Positions 51,803 through 61,384 are shown, counted from the stretch's first letter. The stretch is 64,000 nt of DNA from Candidatus Woesearchaeota archaeon (GCA_038891615.1 JAWADY010000002.1:140416-204415), one strand, 5' to 3'. Notes: generated by a model not told the origin, from the letters alone. Translations and numbers: made by a program.

Positions 51803-52285
51803 CTAGCGACAAACGAGTGGAACTTTAGAAGAAGAAAAGATTGCATAAACAGGGTATACTGCCGTAAGAACGATCAAGCCTGCAACAATAACCCCCAAGG
51901 AAATAGCTAAAATTGCCTTCAAGCGATTCATCCCAAAAAACCAGGCAGCAAGGCTGGCTGTGTAAGCCCCAGTCATTGGGAGAGGAATAGCAACAAAAAG
52001 CGTAAGCCCAAGCATGCCATAATTAGTAACAAATGGTTTGCTCTTACGCCTTGCACCTTCAACAATCCGATTAAAGCTTTTCTTATAAAGCCTTATTGCC
52101 AACAGCTTGTGATGGATAAAGTCTAGGAAAATGAAAACAAGCGGAGCCACAAAAAGGTTTGAGAGCACGCTGATCACAAAAGCTGCAAATGGGTTTGCAC
52201 CCTGCGCAATAGCTAACAACATTCCCCCTCTAAGTTCTGAAATAGGAAGGATGCTTGCTATTGCTGCTTGAATGAAAAGATTCAT
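51803..52285 (-). CDS. small multidrug-export-like membrane protein (COG2426/PF06695-like)
   Basis: 'PISELRGGMLLAIAQG' and four TM segments. Confidence 0.5.
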   Translation of the reverse strand: MNLFIQAAIASILPISELRGGMLLAIAQGANPFAAFVISVLSNLFVAPLVFIFLDFIHHKLLAIRLYKKSFNRIVEGARRKSKPFVTNYGMLGLTLFVAIPLPMTGAYTASLAAWFFGMNRLKAILAISLGVIVAGLIVLTAVYPVYAIFSSSKVPLVCR

Positions 52286-52313
52286 CTTCTAGACATCTGC
52301 ATGCATTTATGCG

Positions 52314-53648
52314 TTAGTTAATCTTATTTCTTAACAAACGTGCTTTTTTAATCTTGCCCCTCAACCATTCGTTCTTAAGGATGCCATGCACAGCTTCCAC
52401 GGGCTTTGTGAAAGGTCTTTTTACTTCTGCCCAAAGCCAGCCATTGCGCTCAAACACCTTTCTATGAGCTTTTTTGAAAGTAGTTGCATAAGGCTCTCTT
52501 GAAGCCGGAGGGCCTTTAACAGCCATCTTTTCAGGCAGGATTTTTTGTTTTAAAACAAACCAAAACAAAGCATGTTTTTTATTTTTATCAGCTTTCGCAT
52601 CCCAATTCCAGCCAGCTTCTACAATTCCAAAATCCTCAAGCCCTTTTTTTACAAACTCAAAGGCTTTCAAAAGTTTAGTGCCGACAACTTCGCTAATGCC
52701 TTCCACAGGCTCGACTTCTAGCATTAGCACGGTTCCTTTCTTGGCAAGGCTGGCAAAGTCAGGCATCTTTGGCACAAAGAAATCCTTTGATGGCCTTTGA
52801 AGGAACTCCCTCGCAGCATATACAAATTTCAAGTAGTTCTCAAAGCTCAGAGAGGCTGCAGCATTTCGCTGTGGTTGAACTGGGTCAACGACAATCAAAG
52901 GACCCTGTATCTTTGACTTATTCATCATAAAAAGGGCCTTCCCTTTGTAAACCCTGTCGTGGTCAATGACTACCTTGTTGTCGGGCGTGGTTGGCCAGCT
53001 TGCAGCTGCTTTTAGAAGTCCAAGAAAGCCCTTGTAATGAATGACAAGTATATCAACTACATGTCCTGAAAAGCCCTTGATATAGCTCTCTGCACCATAA
53101 ACGCCATTTGCCTTTAAAAACTGTTTTGTCAAAAGGATGTCAGCTTTAAGATTTTTTCCATACCTTTTGACCCACCTAACATGCCAAGGTGAAAAATCAG
53201 TCACATTTTTTGCTTCAGCAGGAGTTCTGATATCAAGCACGGGTACAATCTCAAAGTTGACCTTTCCTTTTGCTTTGAAATAGTCCCTGCTACCATGAAC
53301 CCTCTCAATAGCAACTTTGAAGGGTCTTGCAAGTTGCTTAAGCGCTAAGCCAAGAAGTTGGCTCATTTCAGCATCGCTATATCCCTGCTTGAACTTTACG
53401 AAAATGTCAATGTCATAGTCCCCTTTAAGCCAGCTGCCTTTTGCAAAACTTCCACCAAGAACAGCCCTTGCCTTTGTCTTTCTTCTCTTTAGCTCTCTGT
53501 TCAAGGCTTCGATGAACGCCTCAGCATTTGCCATCGCAAATCTGTGCTCAAGTCTGTCCGGAGTTATTTCACTAATAACTTCTGCAAGCACACTTTTTAT
53601 CCTTCTAAGTTTGTCGCCCCTTTCACTCATCCACTCATATTCCTGCAC
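52314..53648 (-). CDS. cca: CCA-adding enzyme (archaeal class I tRNA nucleotidyltransferase)
   Basis: 'LGGSFAKGSWLKGDYDIDIFVKF' is the class I nucleotidyltransferase signature. The start may be Met7 (53630). Confidence 0.85.
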   Translation of the reverse strand: MQEYEWMSERGDKLRRIKSVLAEVISEITPDRLEHRFAMANAEAFIEALNRELKRRKTKARAVLGGSFAKGSWLKGDYDIDIFVKFKQGYSDAEMSQLLGLALKQLARPFKVAIERVHGSRDYFKAKGKVNFEIVPVLDIRTPAEAKNVTDFSPWHVRWVKRYGKNLKADILLTKQFLKANGVYGAESYIKGFSGHVVDILVIHYKGFLGLLKAAASWPTTPDNKVVIDHDRVYKGKALFMMNKSKIQGPLIVVDPVQPQRNAAASLSFENYLKFVYAAREFLQRPSKDFFVPKMPDFASLAKKGTVLMLEVEPVEGISEVVGTKLLKAFEFVKKGLEDFGIVEAGWNWDAKADKNKKHALFWFVLKQKILPEKMAVKGPPASREPYATTFKKAHRKVFERNGWLWAEVKRPFTKPVEAVHGILKNEWLRGKIKKARLLRNKIN

Positions 53649-53705
53649 GAATCTATAAAAATCTTTTTATATGCAAGAAAAATAAAATGCTAAGAGGAGC
53701 TTTCG

Positions 53706-54728
53706 ATGAAAAAAAGCAATTTTGCAGCCTTTGTTAGTGGATTGTTGGTTGGGCTATTGTTAGAGCTTGCAGCTGGCTTTAGCCTACCAAGGGGGTTTAG
53801 CTCGATTGTCCTTCTCGTTGGCTTGTTATCAATTTTTTTCACAGAGTTTGCCTCGCTTGAACTCCATGGTTCCCAAGTAAAACGATTTTTTGCAGAAGCA
53901 AAAGATTTTTTTCTATTCTCAATCCTTGTGATTGCGCTAACAAGCCTGCTAGCAACAAACATTCTCAGACTTTCTTTAGCAGCAGGCCTTGTGCTCGGAA
54001 CGCTGCTCATTGGCTGGACTTCAACTGTTGGAAAGCCAGGAAGAGCATTTGCGCTGTTGCTTCCATTCCTTATCGTTGATGTTGTCCAGACAACAAGCCT
54101 TTCAAATCCAGCTATTTTGTTCGGCAGGCTTGCAGGAGGATTTGGGGCTGGGTTTATTATGGGACTTGTCTTTCTCAGGCTCCTTCACAACCAAAGACAC
54201 AAAGTGAGACAAAAAAGCTTTTTTGATGAACCAATCGTTCTGCTTGGAGTAGCGCTCCTTGCATTCAGTCTCGCATTTGCAATGCAAGGCAACGGTTTTG
54301 TTGCTGTTGCGACATTTTCAGCCTTTTTCTGCATTGCCAATCCTTTGCACAATTCTGTTCTGAAAAGGTTTGAAAATACTTTCACAAGACCTCTGACAAT
54401 CTTTTGCCTTTTTGTCTCGGGCATCGCTCTTGCCAAACCTGCACTAAAATTAACTTCTGGCTTTTTCACTCTTTCAGCTTTTGTTCTTTTTGCAGGAGTC
54501 CTTTTGGCTCGGCTGCTCGCCCTCGCTAGCCAGAAAAAACCCCTTCAAGGAAGGCAAAGAGCTTTTGAGCTTCTTTTACCTCTCCCTGCTTTTAACATAA
54601 TCATTGCCTTAACGCTTCTTCTCTCGAATAGCTATGCATTTGCTGAAAGGGAAATTGTTGTTTCTCTTGCTGCCATGGTTTTCTTATTGTTTGCAATCGC
54701 ATCAGCCATTTTTAAAATAGAAAAATGA
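53706..54728 (+). CDS. polytopic membrane protein (340 aa, transporter-like)
   Basis: About 10 hydrophobic segments. GAGGAG motif upstream. Its stop overlaps the next ATG (ATGA). Confidence 0.55.
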   Translation: MKKSNFAAFVSGLLVGLLLELAAGFSLPRGFSSIVLLVGLLSIFFTEFASLELHGSQVKRFFAEAKDFFLFSILVIALTSLLATNILRLSLAAGLVLGTLLIGWTSTVGKPGRAFALLLPFLIVDVVQTTSLSNPAILFGRLAGGFGAGFIMGLVFLRLLHNQRHKVRQKSFFDEPIVLLGVALLAFSLAFAMQGNGFVAVATFSAFFCIANPLHNSVLKRFENTFTRPLTIFCLFVSGIALAKPALKLTSGFFTLSAFVLFAGVLLARLLALASQKKPLQGRQRAFELLLPLPAFNIIIALTLLLSNSYAFAEREIVVSLAAMVFLLFAIASAIFKIEK

Positions 54729-55537
54729 TTCGTATTGGTCCAGCTGGTCTAGGTAGCGACCCCATCTCTGCGCTAAAGCTTTATGCCTCGCTTGGCTTTA
54801 AAGCTGCGGAGGTAGAATTTGTTCATGGTGTGAGGTTTGATAGCTCAAAGGCAAAACTGATAGGCAAAGAAGCAAGGGCTCTCGACATTTCACTTTCAAT
54901 TCATGCTCCCTATTATATTAATCTTGCAAGCCCGAACAGAGCAATTCGCGCAGCAAGCAAAAGGCAAATTCTTGACTGTTGTGAGCGCGGGCATTGGCTT
55001 GGCTCTGTTCGTGAGCCAGTAAATATTGTCTTTCATCCTGCTTTTTATGGAAAACTCGAGCATGAGGAATGTTATGAAATTGTTAAAGAAGAACTTGAAG
55101 AGGTTCTAGAGGTTGTTCATTCGCAAGGCTGGAATGTCCAGCTCGCGCCTGAGACAACAGGAAAGTTCTCACAGTTTGGAAGCCTCGAAGAGCTTGTGAG
55201 GTTGGCAAATGAGCTTGGTTGCAGCCTCTGTGTTGACTTCTGTCACCTAAAAGCGCGGGGTCAGGGGAAAATCAACTATGGTAATGTAATTGAAACAGTG
55301 CTCAAAGTAAGAGGGCTTAAGCGGCTTGCTTGTCACCTTTCTGGGGTTGAGTGGACTTCAAAGGGAGAACGAAGACACCTCCTAACAACTGACGAAGAGA
55401 TTATTGGTGCCCTCTCCGCCATAGCTCGCGCTAGAATAGACGCAAACATAATAAATGAAAGTCCTGACACTATTAGGGATTGCATTAGGATGGTCAAAGT
55501 GCTTAGAGAACTAGAGACTACCCAAAAGTCAAAATGA
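54725..55537 (+). CDS. nfo: endonuclease IV-family (AP endonuclease 2 / xylose-isomerase-like TIM barrel)
   Basis: 'HAPYYINLAS', 'VFHPAFY', 'APETTGK', 'CVDFCHLKARG' are collinear with Nfo metal-binding blocks. Confidence 0.7.
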   Translation: MIRIGPAGLGSDPISALKLYASLGFKAAEVEFVHGVRFDSSKAKLIGKEARALDISLSIHAPYYINLASPNRAIRAASKRQILDCCERGHWLGSVREPVNIVFHPAFYGKLEHEECYEIVKEELEEVLEVVHSQGWNVQLAPETTGKFSQFGSLEELVRLANELGCSLCVDFCHLKARGQGKINYGNVIETVLKVRGLKRLACHLSGVEWTSKGERRHLLTTDEEIIGALSAIARARIDANIINESPDTIRDCIRMVKVLRELETTQKSK

Positions 55538-55920
55538 AAAGAATTCTTCTTGACACGAGCTTTTTGGTTGCGGCGGCAAAATTCAGGGTTGATTGGCTAA
55601 GCGAGCTTGAGCGCATTTGCGATTTTCCATTCAAACCAATCCTTCTGGATAAGGTTGTAGAAGAACTCAAAGTTGTGAAAAAGGATAAGGCTGCTGCAAA
55701 GCTTGCCCTTGCAATACTTCAAAAGAAAGGCATAAAGCCAGAAGCTGTAGCTAAAGAGCTTTCAGGCCAGCCCGTTGACTTTATCCTAGTTGCCATTGCC
55801 TCTCAAAGCCCAGAAAAGGCAATCGTTGCCACACAAGACAGGTTGCTAAAGGCACGGCTGAAGTCCAAAGGAATTAAGGTCATAACAATAAGGAAAAAAA
55901 GTTATCTTGTTTTTGGCTAG
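55534..55920 (+). CDS. PIN-domain protein (Fcf1/Utp24-like)
   Basis: 'ILLDTSFLV' and the C-terminal 'VATQDRLLKARLKSKGIKVITIR'. ATGA overlap with the nfo-like gene. Confidence 0.65.
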   Translation: MKRILLDTSFLVAAAKFRVDWLSELERICDFPFKPILLDKVVEELKVVKKDKAAAKLALAILQKKGIKPEAVAKELSGQPVDFILVAIASQSPEKAIVATQDRLLKARLKSKGIKVITIRKKSYLVFG

Positions 55921-56044
55921 TTGCATTTGGGACAAACAATGAAATTAGTATAATGTGTTACCATAAGTGATGTTCTATTAGAACCTTATAATTTGATAGT
56001 TTTATTGATACTGTTTTTTATTACAATAAATTTGATTAATTTTT

Positions 56045-56152
56045 ATGGCTAAGAAAGAAATCAAAGTTTATGGGTGGAAATGTGAAAGGTGCGCGCATAG
56101 ATAAAAAGTAATAAATGCCAAAAACGTAAGAGTCTTAAAGGGGATGAATAAC
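56045..56152 (+). pseudogene. decayed copy of the 49-aa zinc-ribbon gene (18159..18308)
   Basis: MAKKEIKVYGWKCERCAHR* compared with MAKKEIKVYECKCERCGHEW.. Downstream, 'tgccaaaaacgtaagagtcttaaaggggat' resembles 'tgcccaaaatgtaaaagcccttattgggat' but has a 1-nt deletion. Confidence 0.6.
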
Positions 56153-56177
56153 TAAACAAAAATAGAGATAGGAATTT

Positions 56178-56624
56178 ATGAAAAACAAAAAATTACTTTT
56201 TAAAATTTTAATCAGTACTCTGATTATTGGCATAACCATTTTTGGTTATCAAAGATTTTTTATTTCTAAAAAAGTTGAGACAATTCGTACTTTTGAAGAG
56301 TGCGTTAGAGCAGGATATCCTGTAGCTGAATCCCATCCTCGCCAATGTTTTGCTCCAAACAGAAGAACTTTTACTGAAGAATTAGCTTGTCCGACTATTG
56401 CCCCTAACACTTCAAAAGGAAAAGAAGAATGTTTGAAGGCGGCAAAAGAATTGGAAACAAGATATCCTGGCTGCAGATATTCTGAAATTTGTGAAAAGTT
56501 AGAATCTAAAAAAGCTGACCAAGTTTATCAACAAAAACTTGAAGACCTCGAAAGATGTGGGCCACCGCCAGGAGCTCCAGGAAATTGGAAATGTATTAAT
56601 GGCAGTTGGTTAGATGCGAAGTGA
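56178..56624 (+). CDS. secreted Cys-rich protein (148 aa)
   Basis: Signal anchor and eight Cys. The 'FEECVRAGYPVAESHPRQCFAPNRRTF' module sits in an A/T-rich islet. Confidence 0.55.
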   Translation: MKNKKLLFKILISTLIIGITIFGYQRFFISKKVETIRTFEECVRAGYPVAESHPRQCFAPNRRTFTEELACPTIAPNTSKGKEECLKAAKELETRYPGCRYSEICEKLESKKADQVYQQKLEDLERCGPPPGAPGNWKCINGSWLDAK

Positions 56625-56667
56625 ATGCGAAAAATTTTATAAATCTTATAAAATTAATTGATAAAGC

Positions 56668-56910
56668 ATGTCGATGATTAAAAAAGTAATTAAAATTATA
56701 AAACTATTTTTTGGCAGTTCTTTAGTTTTGCTTGGTATCTTTCTAATCATTTATGATATTTATTGGTTAATGACGAGAGGTAATAATTATTCAGGAGATA
56801 TTTTAAGTGGGTTAGGAAAGGGATTTGCAATGGTGAATATTCTCATGGGCATTGTTTTTCTTTTGGTTGGAGTTTTTCTTCTAAAATTAAAAAAGAAAAC
56901 TACTGCCTAA
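56668..56910 (+). CDS. small 2-TM membrane protein (80 aa)
   Basis: Hydrophobic ORF in the A/T-rich islet. Confidence 0.45.
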   Translation: MSMIKKVIKIIKLFFGSSLVLLGIFLIIYDIYWLMTRGNNYSGDILSGLGKGFAMVNILMGIVFLLVGVFLLKLKKKTTA

Positions 56911-56937
56911 ATGCAACAACTCAGTTAAACCAAAACC

Positions 56938-56945
56938 TTTATAAA
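56938..56945 (+). promoter_or_regulatory. TATA box (TTTATAAA) for the rpoE'-spt4-S24e-S27ae operon
   Basis: Lies 30 nt upstream of the ATG at 56975. Confidence 0.5.
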
Positions 56946-56974
56946 TCGTTTTTGAAACAATTCCAGCGATCAAA

Positions 56975-57607
56975 ATGTTCTACAAACTTGAGGTAAATGA
57001 CTACATAAGGGTTCCGCCTAAAAAGTTTGACCTAGATTTTCAAAAGGCAGTGCTCGAATCTGTGCGGTTGAAATATGAAAACTTCATAGACCCGAATGTT
57101 GGAATTGCAGTTTGCGTACCAAGGCTCAAGACGATTGGAGAAGGGATAATTATTCCAGGCGATGGTGCCAGTTACTACAATACAACGTTTGAGCTCATAG
57201 TCTTCAGGCCTGAGCTGCAGGAAGTTGTTCTCGGAAAGATTCGTGACATTGCTGATTTCGGCGCATTTATTGGGCTAGGCCCTATTGATGGTATGATACA
57301 TCTCTCACAGACAATGGATGATTTTGTGAGCTTTTCAAAAGACAAAGTGCTAAGTGGCAGAGACACCAAGCGAAGCCTGCGTGTCAATGACCTTTGCAGG
57401 GCAAGAATAATAGCTGTATCGTTTAAGGATTTATATAATCCGAAGATAGGGCTAACGATGAGACAGCCGTATCTGGGAAGGCTTGATTGGGTTGCAGAGG
57501 AGGTTTCAAAAGAAGAGGCTGGTTTGGCGGTCTCAGAGGTTGAACAAAAAACAGCTCAAAAAACAAAAGAAAAGGAAAAGACCAAAGGGCGTGAGAAAAA
57601 GAAATGA
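56975..57607 (+). CDS. rpoE: RNA polymerase subunit E' (Rpo7) with Lys-rich C-terminal tail
   Basis: N-terminal Rpo7 fold plus an S1 domain, 'GKIRDIADFGAFIGLGPIDGMIHLSQ'. Confidence 0.9.
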   Translation: MFYKLEVNDYIRVPPKKFDLDFQKAVLESVRLKYENFIDPNVGIAVCVPRLKTIGEGIIIPGDGASYYNTTFELIVFRPELQEVVLGKIRDIADFGAFIGLGPIDGMIHLSQTMDDFVSFSKDKVLSGRDTKRSLRVNDLCRARIIAVSFKDLYNPKIGLTMRQPYLGRLDWVAEEVSKEEAGLAVSEVEQKTAQKTKEKEKTKGREKKK

Positions 57608-57663
57608 TGGGGAGTTTAATCAAATGCTGAAGTATGGCACTTTTTGATTAAACTTTTGAAAAC

Positions 57664-57846
57664 ATGAAAAAGGCGTGCAAAAAGTGCAAGATTTTTGTTG
57701 AAGGCATGGAGTGTCCTATCTGTAAAGGTAATACCTTTACAACAACTTGGCGAGGTAGAATTGCTGTGCTTGATGCAGAACGCTCTGAAATTGCAAAAAA
57801 AATTGGCGTAAAGATAAAAGGGGAATACGCAATAAAAGTTACATAA
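57664..57846 (+). CDS. spt4: transcription elongation factor Spt4 (RpoE'')
   Basis: 'ACKKCKIF..CPICKG..TTTWRGRIAVLDAERSEIAKKIG..GEYAIKV'. Confidence 0.9.
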   Translation: MKKACKKCKIFVEGMECPICKGNTFTTTWRGRIAVLDAERSEIAKKIGVKIKGEYAIKVT

Positions 57847-57861
57847 GGCTGTAAAGGTTGT

Positions 57862-58173
57862 ATGAAATTTGTTGAGAAGAGAAGGTTTGAGAACAAGTTG
57901 CTAAGGCGAATTGAAGTAGAGGGAGAAATAATCTTTAGTGGGCCAACACCCTCAACAGAACAAGTGGTATCAGCCCTTGCCTCAACTCTTAATGTTCCTC
58001 CTGAAAGGATTTCTGTCCTTCAAATAAAAGGCTCTTTTGGAAGCACGACTGCCAAAGTGATTGCCAACATTTATAATTCAAAGGAAGACAAAGAGCTCAT
58101 AGAACCAAAGAAAAAGATAAAAAAGGTAAAAGAAAAGAAAGAAGAAGCTTCTGAAAGAAATAAAGAAACCTGA
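57862..58173 (+). CDS. rps24e: ribosomal protein S24e
   Basis: 'ENKLLRRIEVEGEI.F.GPTPS' and 'IKGSFGSTTAKVIANIY'. Confidence 0.9.
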   Translation: MKFVEKRRFENKLLRRIEVEGEIIFSGPTPSTEQVVSALASTLNVPPERISVLQIKGSFGSTTAKVIANIYNSKEDKELIEPKKKIKKVKEKKEEASERNKET

Positions 58174-58179
58174 TTTAAA

Positions 58180-58356
58180 ATGGCAGAGCGCAAGTTCAAG
58201 AGGGGTGTTTGGAAGTTTTATTCCAAGGCTGGGGAAGTGCTTGAGAAGAAAAGGCAGACTTGTTTAAAGTGTGGTGCAGGCGTCTTCATGGCAAAACACG
58301 CAAATAGGCTTCATTGTGGCAAATGCGGCTATACAGAATTTTTTGATAAAAAGTAG
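58180..58356 (+). CDS. rps27ae: ribosomal protein S27ae (eS31)
   Basis: Hand-found 58-aa ORF ..KRQTCLKCGAGVFMAKHANRLHCGKCGYTEF. Confidence 0.85.
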   Translation: MAERKFKRGVWKFYSKAGEVLEKKRQTCLKCGAGVFMAKHANRLHCGKCGYTEFFDKK

Positions 58357-58414
58357 TCCTCTGATGGTACAAAGGCAATTTTTAACTTCCAGCTATCAAA
58401 CGCTTGGTCAAGAA

Positions 58415-59311
58415 CTAGCTTTCTTCTGCTTGCAGCGCAAGGATGTCTTCAGTTGTTAGCTTTTCTCCCCGTACAAGTTTTTGATGAACATCTTCCCTGC
58501 GCCTTGCAAGCTTCTGCATAATAATTTCTTTGTTTCTTCTTATTTCATCATTGAGCTTTGCCTGTCTTTTTGCACTTAGGTATCCAAGTTCCTTCAGTTT
58601 TTCCTCAAGCTCTTTGCTAGTCTGCTCAATCAATGCCTTTTTCTGGGCAATCGCTTTTCCCAATTCATCAAGTTTCACCCTAAACTCATTATCTATGCGG
58701 TGTTTGTTTTCAAGAATGCGGTTATGCATCTCCTGACTCAAATTTGCCTTTTGTAGGGCTTCTGCATGCTTAGAATCAGCAGCTCTGCGCAACTCTTCTA
58801 TCTTCTTTATAATCTGAGAACTTTTTTCTAAAACACTACCAAGCTTCTGAGCCTCTGCTAAATCTTTTTTTAGTTTGTTTAACCTCTTCATGAGCTGCTT
58901 TTCCTTTTCAAATGGGAGTGCTTCTGTTTCTATAAAAAATTCTAAGTTTTCAATCTTCTTTTTTATTAGCTCGGGGTCGTTCTTTATGCCAAGCCTTTTC
59001 ATAGCCTCTTTCTTCTCTTCTTTTAGCTTTTTAAGCGCAATTCTTTCTACTTTTATTTGCTCATTAAACCTTTGCCTTTCCGCCTTTGCCTTTCTTGCTT
59101 CGTCAGTCAAATTATTTCTGCGCTCTCGCAAGCTCTTGTTTTCCTCAAGAAGGTCTTTAATCTGCTTTAATAGCTGCTTTTGATGTAAGAATAAATCTTC
59201 CTTTTCCTTGCCCAACTGATTTAGAGTACCTCTGAGTCTCTTTATCTCGATTTCAGCAGACCTGATTTTCCTAGCTAGTTCTTTTTCAGTAGTTGACAGC
59301 ATCCTTGCCAT
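58415..59311 (-). CDS. archaeal coiled-coil protein (COG1340-like)
   Basis: 298 aa of heptad-rich K/E/L sequence. Its ATG directly follows the P1 stop (TGAATG). Confidence 0.55.
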   Translation of the reverse strand: MARMLSTTEKELARKIRSAEIEIKRLRGTLNQLGKEKEDLFLHQKQLLKQIKDLLEENKSLRERRNNLTDEARKAKAERQRFNEQIKVERIALKKLKEEKKEAMKRLGIKNDPELIKKKIENLEFFIETEALPFEKEKQLMKRLNKLKKDLAEAQKLGSVLEKSSQIIKKIEELRRAADSKHAEALQKANLSQEMHNRILENKHRIDNEFRVKLDELGKAIAQKKALIEQTSKELEEKLKELGYLSAKRQAKLNDEIRRNKEIIMQKLARRREDVHQKLVRGEKLTTEDILALQAEES

Positions 59312-59614
59312 TCAACCGAAGAGTGCGCTAAGCCCAGATGCTGCAGCTTCTTCGGCTTTCTTTTCTTCTTCAGCTGTCTTTTTCTCTTCTTTTTTCTCAG
59401 CCTTTGCTTCCGTAGCAGGAGCAGCAACAGCGACAGGCATTGCAGCCTTCTTTATAGCCTCATCTATGTTCACGCCTTCAAGGCCAGAAACAAGAGCCTT
59501 GACTTTTGCTTCGTCAGGCTTCAAGCCTGCAGCCGTAAGCACCTTCTTTACGTTTTCTTCGCTGATCTTCTGTCCCGCTTTGTGAAGCAACAAGGCAGTG
59601 TAGATATATTCCAT
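59312..59614 (-). CDS. rpl12: ribosomal stalk protein P1 (L12e)
   Basis: '[14 protein letters not shown]..' with the conserved tail '[18 protein letters not shown]'. Confidence 0.95.
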   Translation of the reverse strand: MEYIYTALLLHKAGQKISEENVKKVLTAAGLKPDEAKVKALVSGLEGVNIDEAIKKAAMPVAVAAPATEAKAEKKEEKKTAEEEKKAEEAAASGLSALFG

Positions 59615-59680
59615 TTTTCTACCTCCGAATCGTCACTTCTTGCTTTTAATCTTTATTGTTTTATTTAACATATTGTTTTA

Positions 59681-60661
59681 TTAATTAGCCTCACGCAAAG
59701 TTCCCTTTTTCTTTAGCTCTTCATAAAGCTCCTCAACCTGCTTGTGGATCTTTTGTTCCTTTAATCTTTGCTTTTCGGCAACAACCTCTGGGTCTTTCTC
59801 AGCCTGAGCCAGTAAAGCCTCAGCTGTTATTTCTTTATTTTCTTCAGAAACTGCTTGTTTTGCATTTTTTTCTTCTTCAGGAAACTTTACAAGCGCTAAA
59901 AGTGCAATCTCTTCTAGCGCAGCCTTTTGCAACATTAACTCAATCGTTTCATCCGTCAAAAATCCTATTTCTGTGGCAAGATTAATTGCTTGCTTTCCTG
60001 CCAATCCTACTTCCTCAAGAAGCCGCGTTTCATCCACATCCAGAACGTCCTTTGGATATACAACGCCATTTTCGTATATTGCAACAATATTAAGGCCTAT
60101 TTCCATTGGTTCTATTCCAAGCTTTGAGAGTATGGAAGCAAGTGCAGGCGAGATTTCTTGACCTTCTTTTGCCACAACAGAATCGGCTTTTATGGCGACC
60201 TTTCCACCTTCAACGCCCGCTTTTATTCCAACCGCTGCAAGCTCGCTGATTATTGGACCAGGAGTGAATGGCGTTTGTCCTGCTTTTACAACAATGTCCT
60301 TTGGAGCTTTTTGGCCGGGCTTTGCAGGGGCGGAAGTCTTTGACCTTTTGACCAACTTGTAAAGGGCGAATGGGTTTTCATTTGTGAAAAGCAGTGCAGG
60401 CATGCCAGAAATGTATGCTTTTATCTTTTCAAGGTCCGGCCTTTTCTTAAGCACTTCTGCCATTGCGAGCGCTATGAGCCTTTTCTTCGTCATGAAAAGC
60501 CTCATCTTATCACGAAGCTGTGCACTTATTTTTTGGAGTTGCGCAGCCGGCAGTCCTTCCATGTTTACAATTCCAATTATTGGTGAGCTTTCAAGCAGCG
60601 TCACGAGAGCTTTCACAATCTCCTTTTTCTTGCCAGACGCCTTACTAGTTTTTTCAGTCAT
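59681..60661 (-). CDS. rplP0: ribosomal stalk protein P0 (uL10), atypical C-terminus
   Basis: 'IIGIVNMEGLPAAQLQKISAQLRD', 'MPALLFTNENPF'. The ATG at 60661 overlaps the L1 stop (AATGACTGA). Confidence 0.9.
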   Translation of the reverse strand: MTEKTSKASGKKKEIVKALVTLLESSPIIGIVNMEGLPAAQLQKISAQLRDKMRLFMTKKRLIALAMAEVLKKRPDLEKIKAYISGMPALLFTNENPFALYKLVKRSKTSAPAKPGQKAPKDIVVKAGQTPFTPGPIISELAAVGIKAGVEGGKVAIKADSVVAKEGQEISPALASILSKLGIEPMEIGLNIVAIYENGVVYPKDVLDVDETRLLEEVGLAGKQAINLATEIGFLTDETIELMLQKAALEEIALLALVKFPEEEKNAKQAVSEENKEITAEALLAQAEKDPEVVAEKQRLKEQKIHKQVEELYEELKKKGTLREAN

Positions 60662-61322
60662 TTTCCCCTTCTGTAGCGCCAACAACGGTTGGCTTTGACA
60701 TTGTGAATTTTATTAGTACGTTCTTGATACTTTCACTTTCTTCGGGAAGCCTCTCAAGGACTGCTTTATATACACTCATAGCATTTTCTGCAAGTGCATC
60801 ATCACTCATTGCTTCATTTCCAATAGAGACTTTTATACTTGGTTGGGTTTTTGCAGAAACTTTTATTGTCTTTCTGAGTCGCTCTGCAATTAGTCTAAGG
60901 TTTGCATTTGATGGAACAACGCAACCGGCCTTTGGATTTGGCATTTTTCCTCGTGGTCCAAGAACTCTGCCAAAAACCTTTGCAACTTCTGGCATTATTG
61001 TTGCCTGGGCAACAAACCAGTCAAAGCTTTTTGCAAGCTTTTTGACCAGCCTCTTGTCAGCATACTTTGGAAAGTCTTCAGGAGTGATTGTCAAGTCAAA
61101 GTTTGCTCTTGCCTGCTCTGCAAGCTCTGGCCCAACAATTCCACAGATTTTGGTTTTTTTATGCTCACTCTTAAGCTGAATAAACAGTTCAATCTGGTTT
61201 TCTGGCTTTTTTAGGTCCAAGCCTACTAGGTTTATGATCAGATCAACTGACTGCACAAACTTTCGTTTGGGTGCCTCTTTCCTAAGCTTCTCTAATGCTT
61301 TAACAAAATCACTATTGTCCAT
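60654..61322 (-). CDS. rpl1: ribosomal protein L1 (uL1)
   Basis: 'FVQSVDLIINL', 'LGPRGKMPNPK'. Confidence 0.95.
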   Translation of the reverse strand: MDNSDFVKALEKLRKEAPKRKFVQSVDLIINLVGLDLKKPENQIELFIQLKSEHKKTKICGIVGPELAEQARANFDLTITPEDFPKYADKRLVKKLAKSFDWFVAQATIMPEVAKVFGRVLGPRGKMPNPKAGCVVPSNANLRLIAERLRKTIKVSAKTQPSIKVSIGNEAMSDDALAENAMSVYKAVLERLPEESESIKNVLIKFTMSKPTVVGATEGEND

Positions 61323-61384
61323 CTTCCCTCCTACCGAAGTAGTCGGAAAATAGTTAGCGGGTTTGGTGAAGGTTTGACTAAGGG

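Noticed and set aside
55917-55964. Tiny minus-strand ORF MVTHYTNFIVCPKCN ending at the PIN gene stop
   Set aside because: It is only 15 codons with a single CxxC. It may be another zinc-ribbon remnant, but the evidence is too thin to call.
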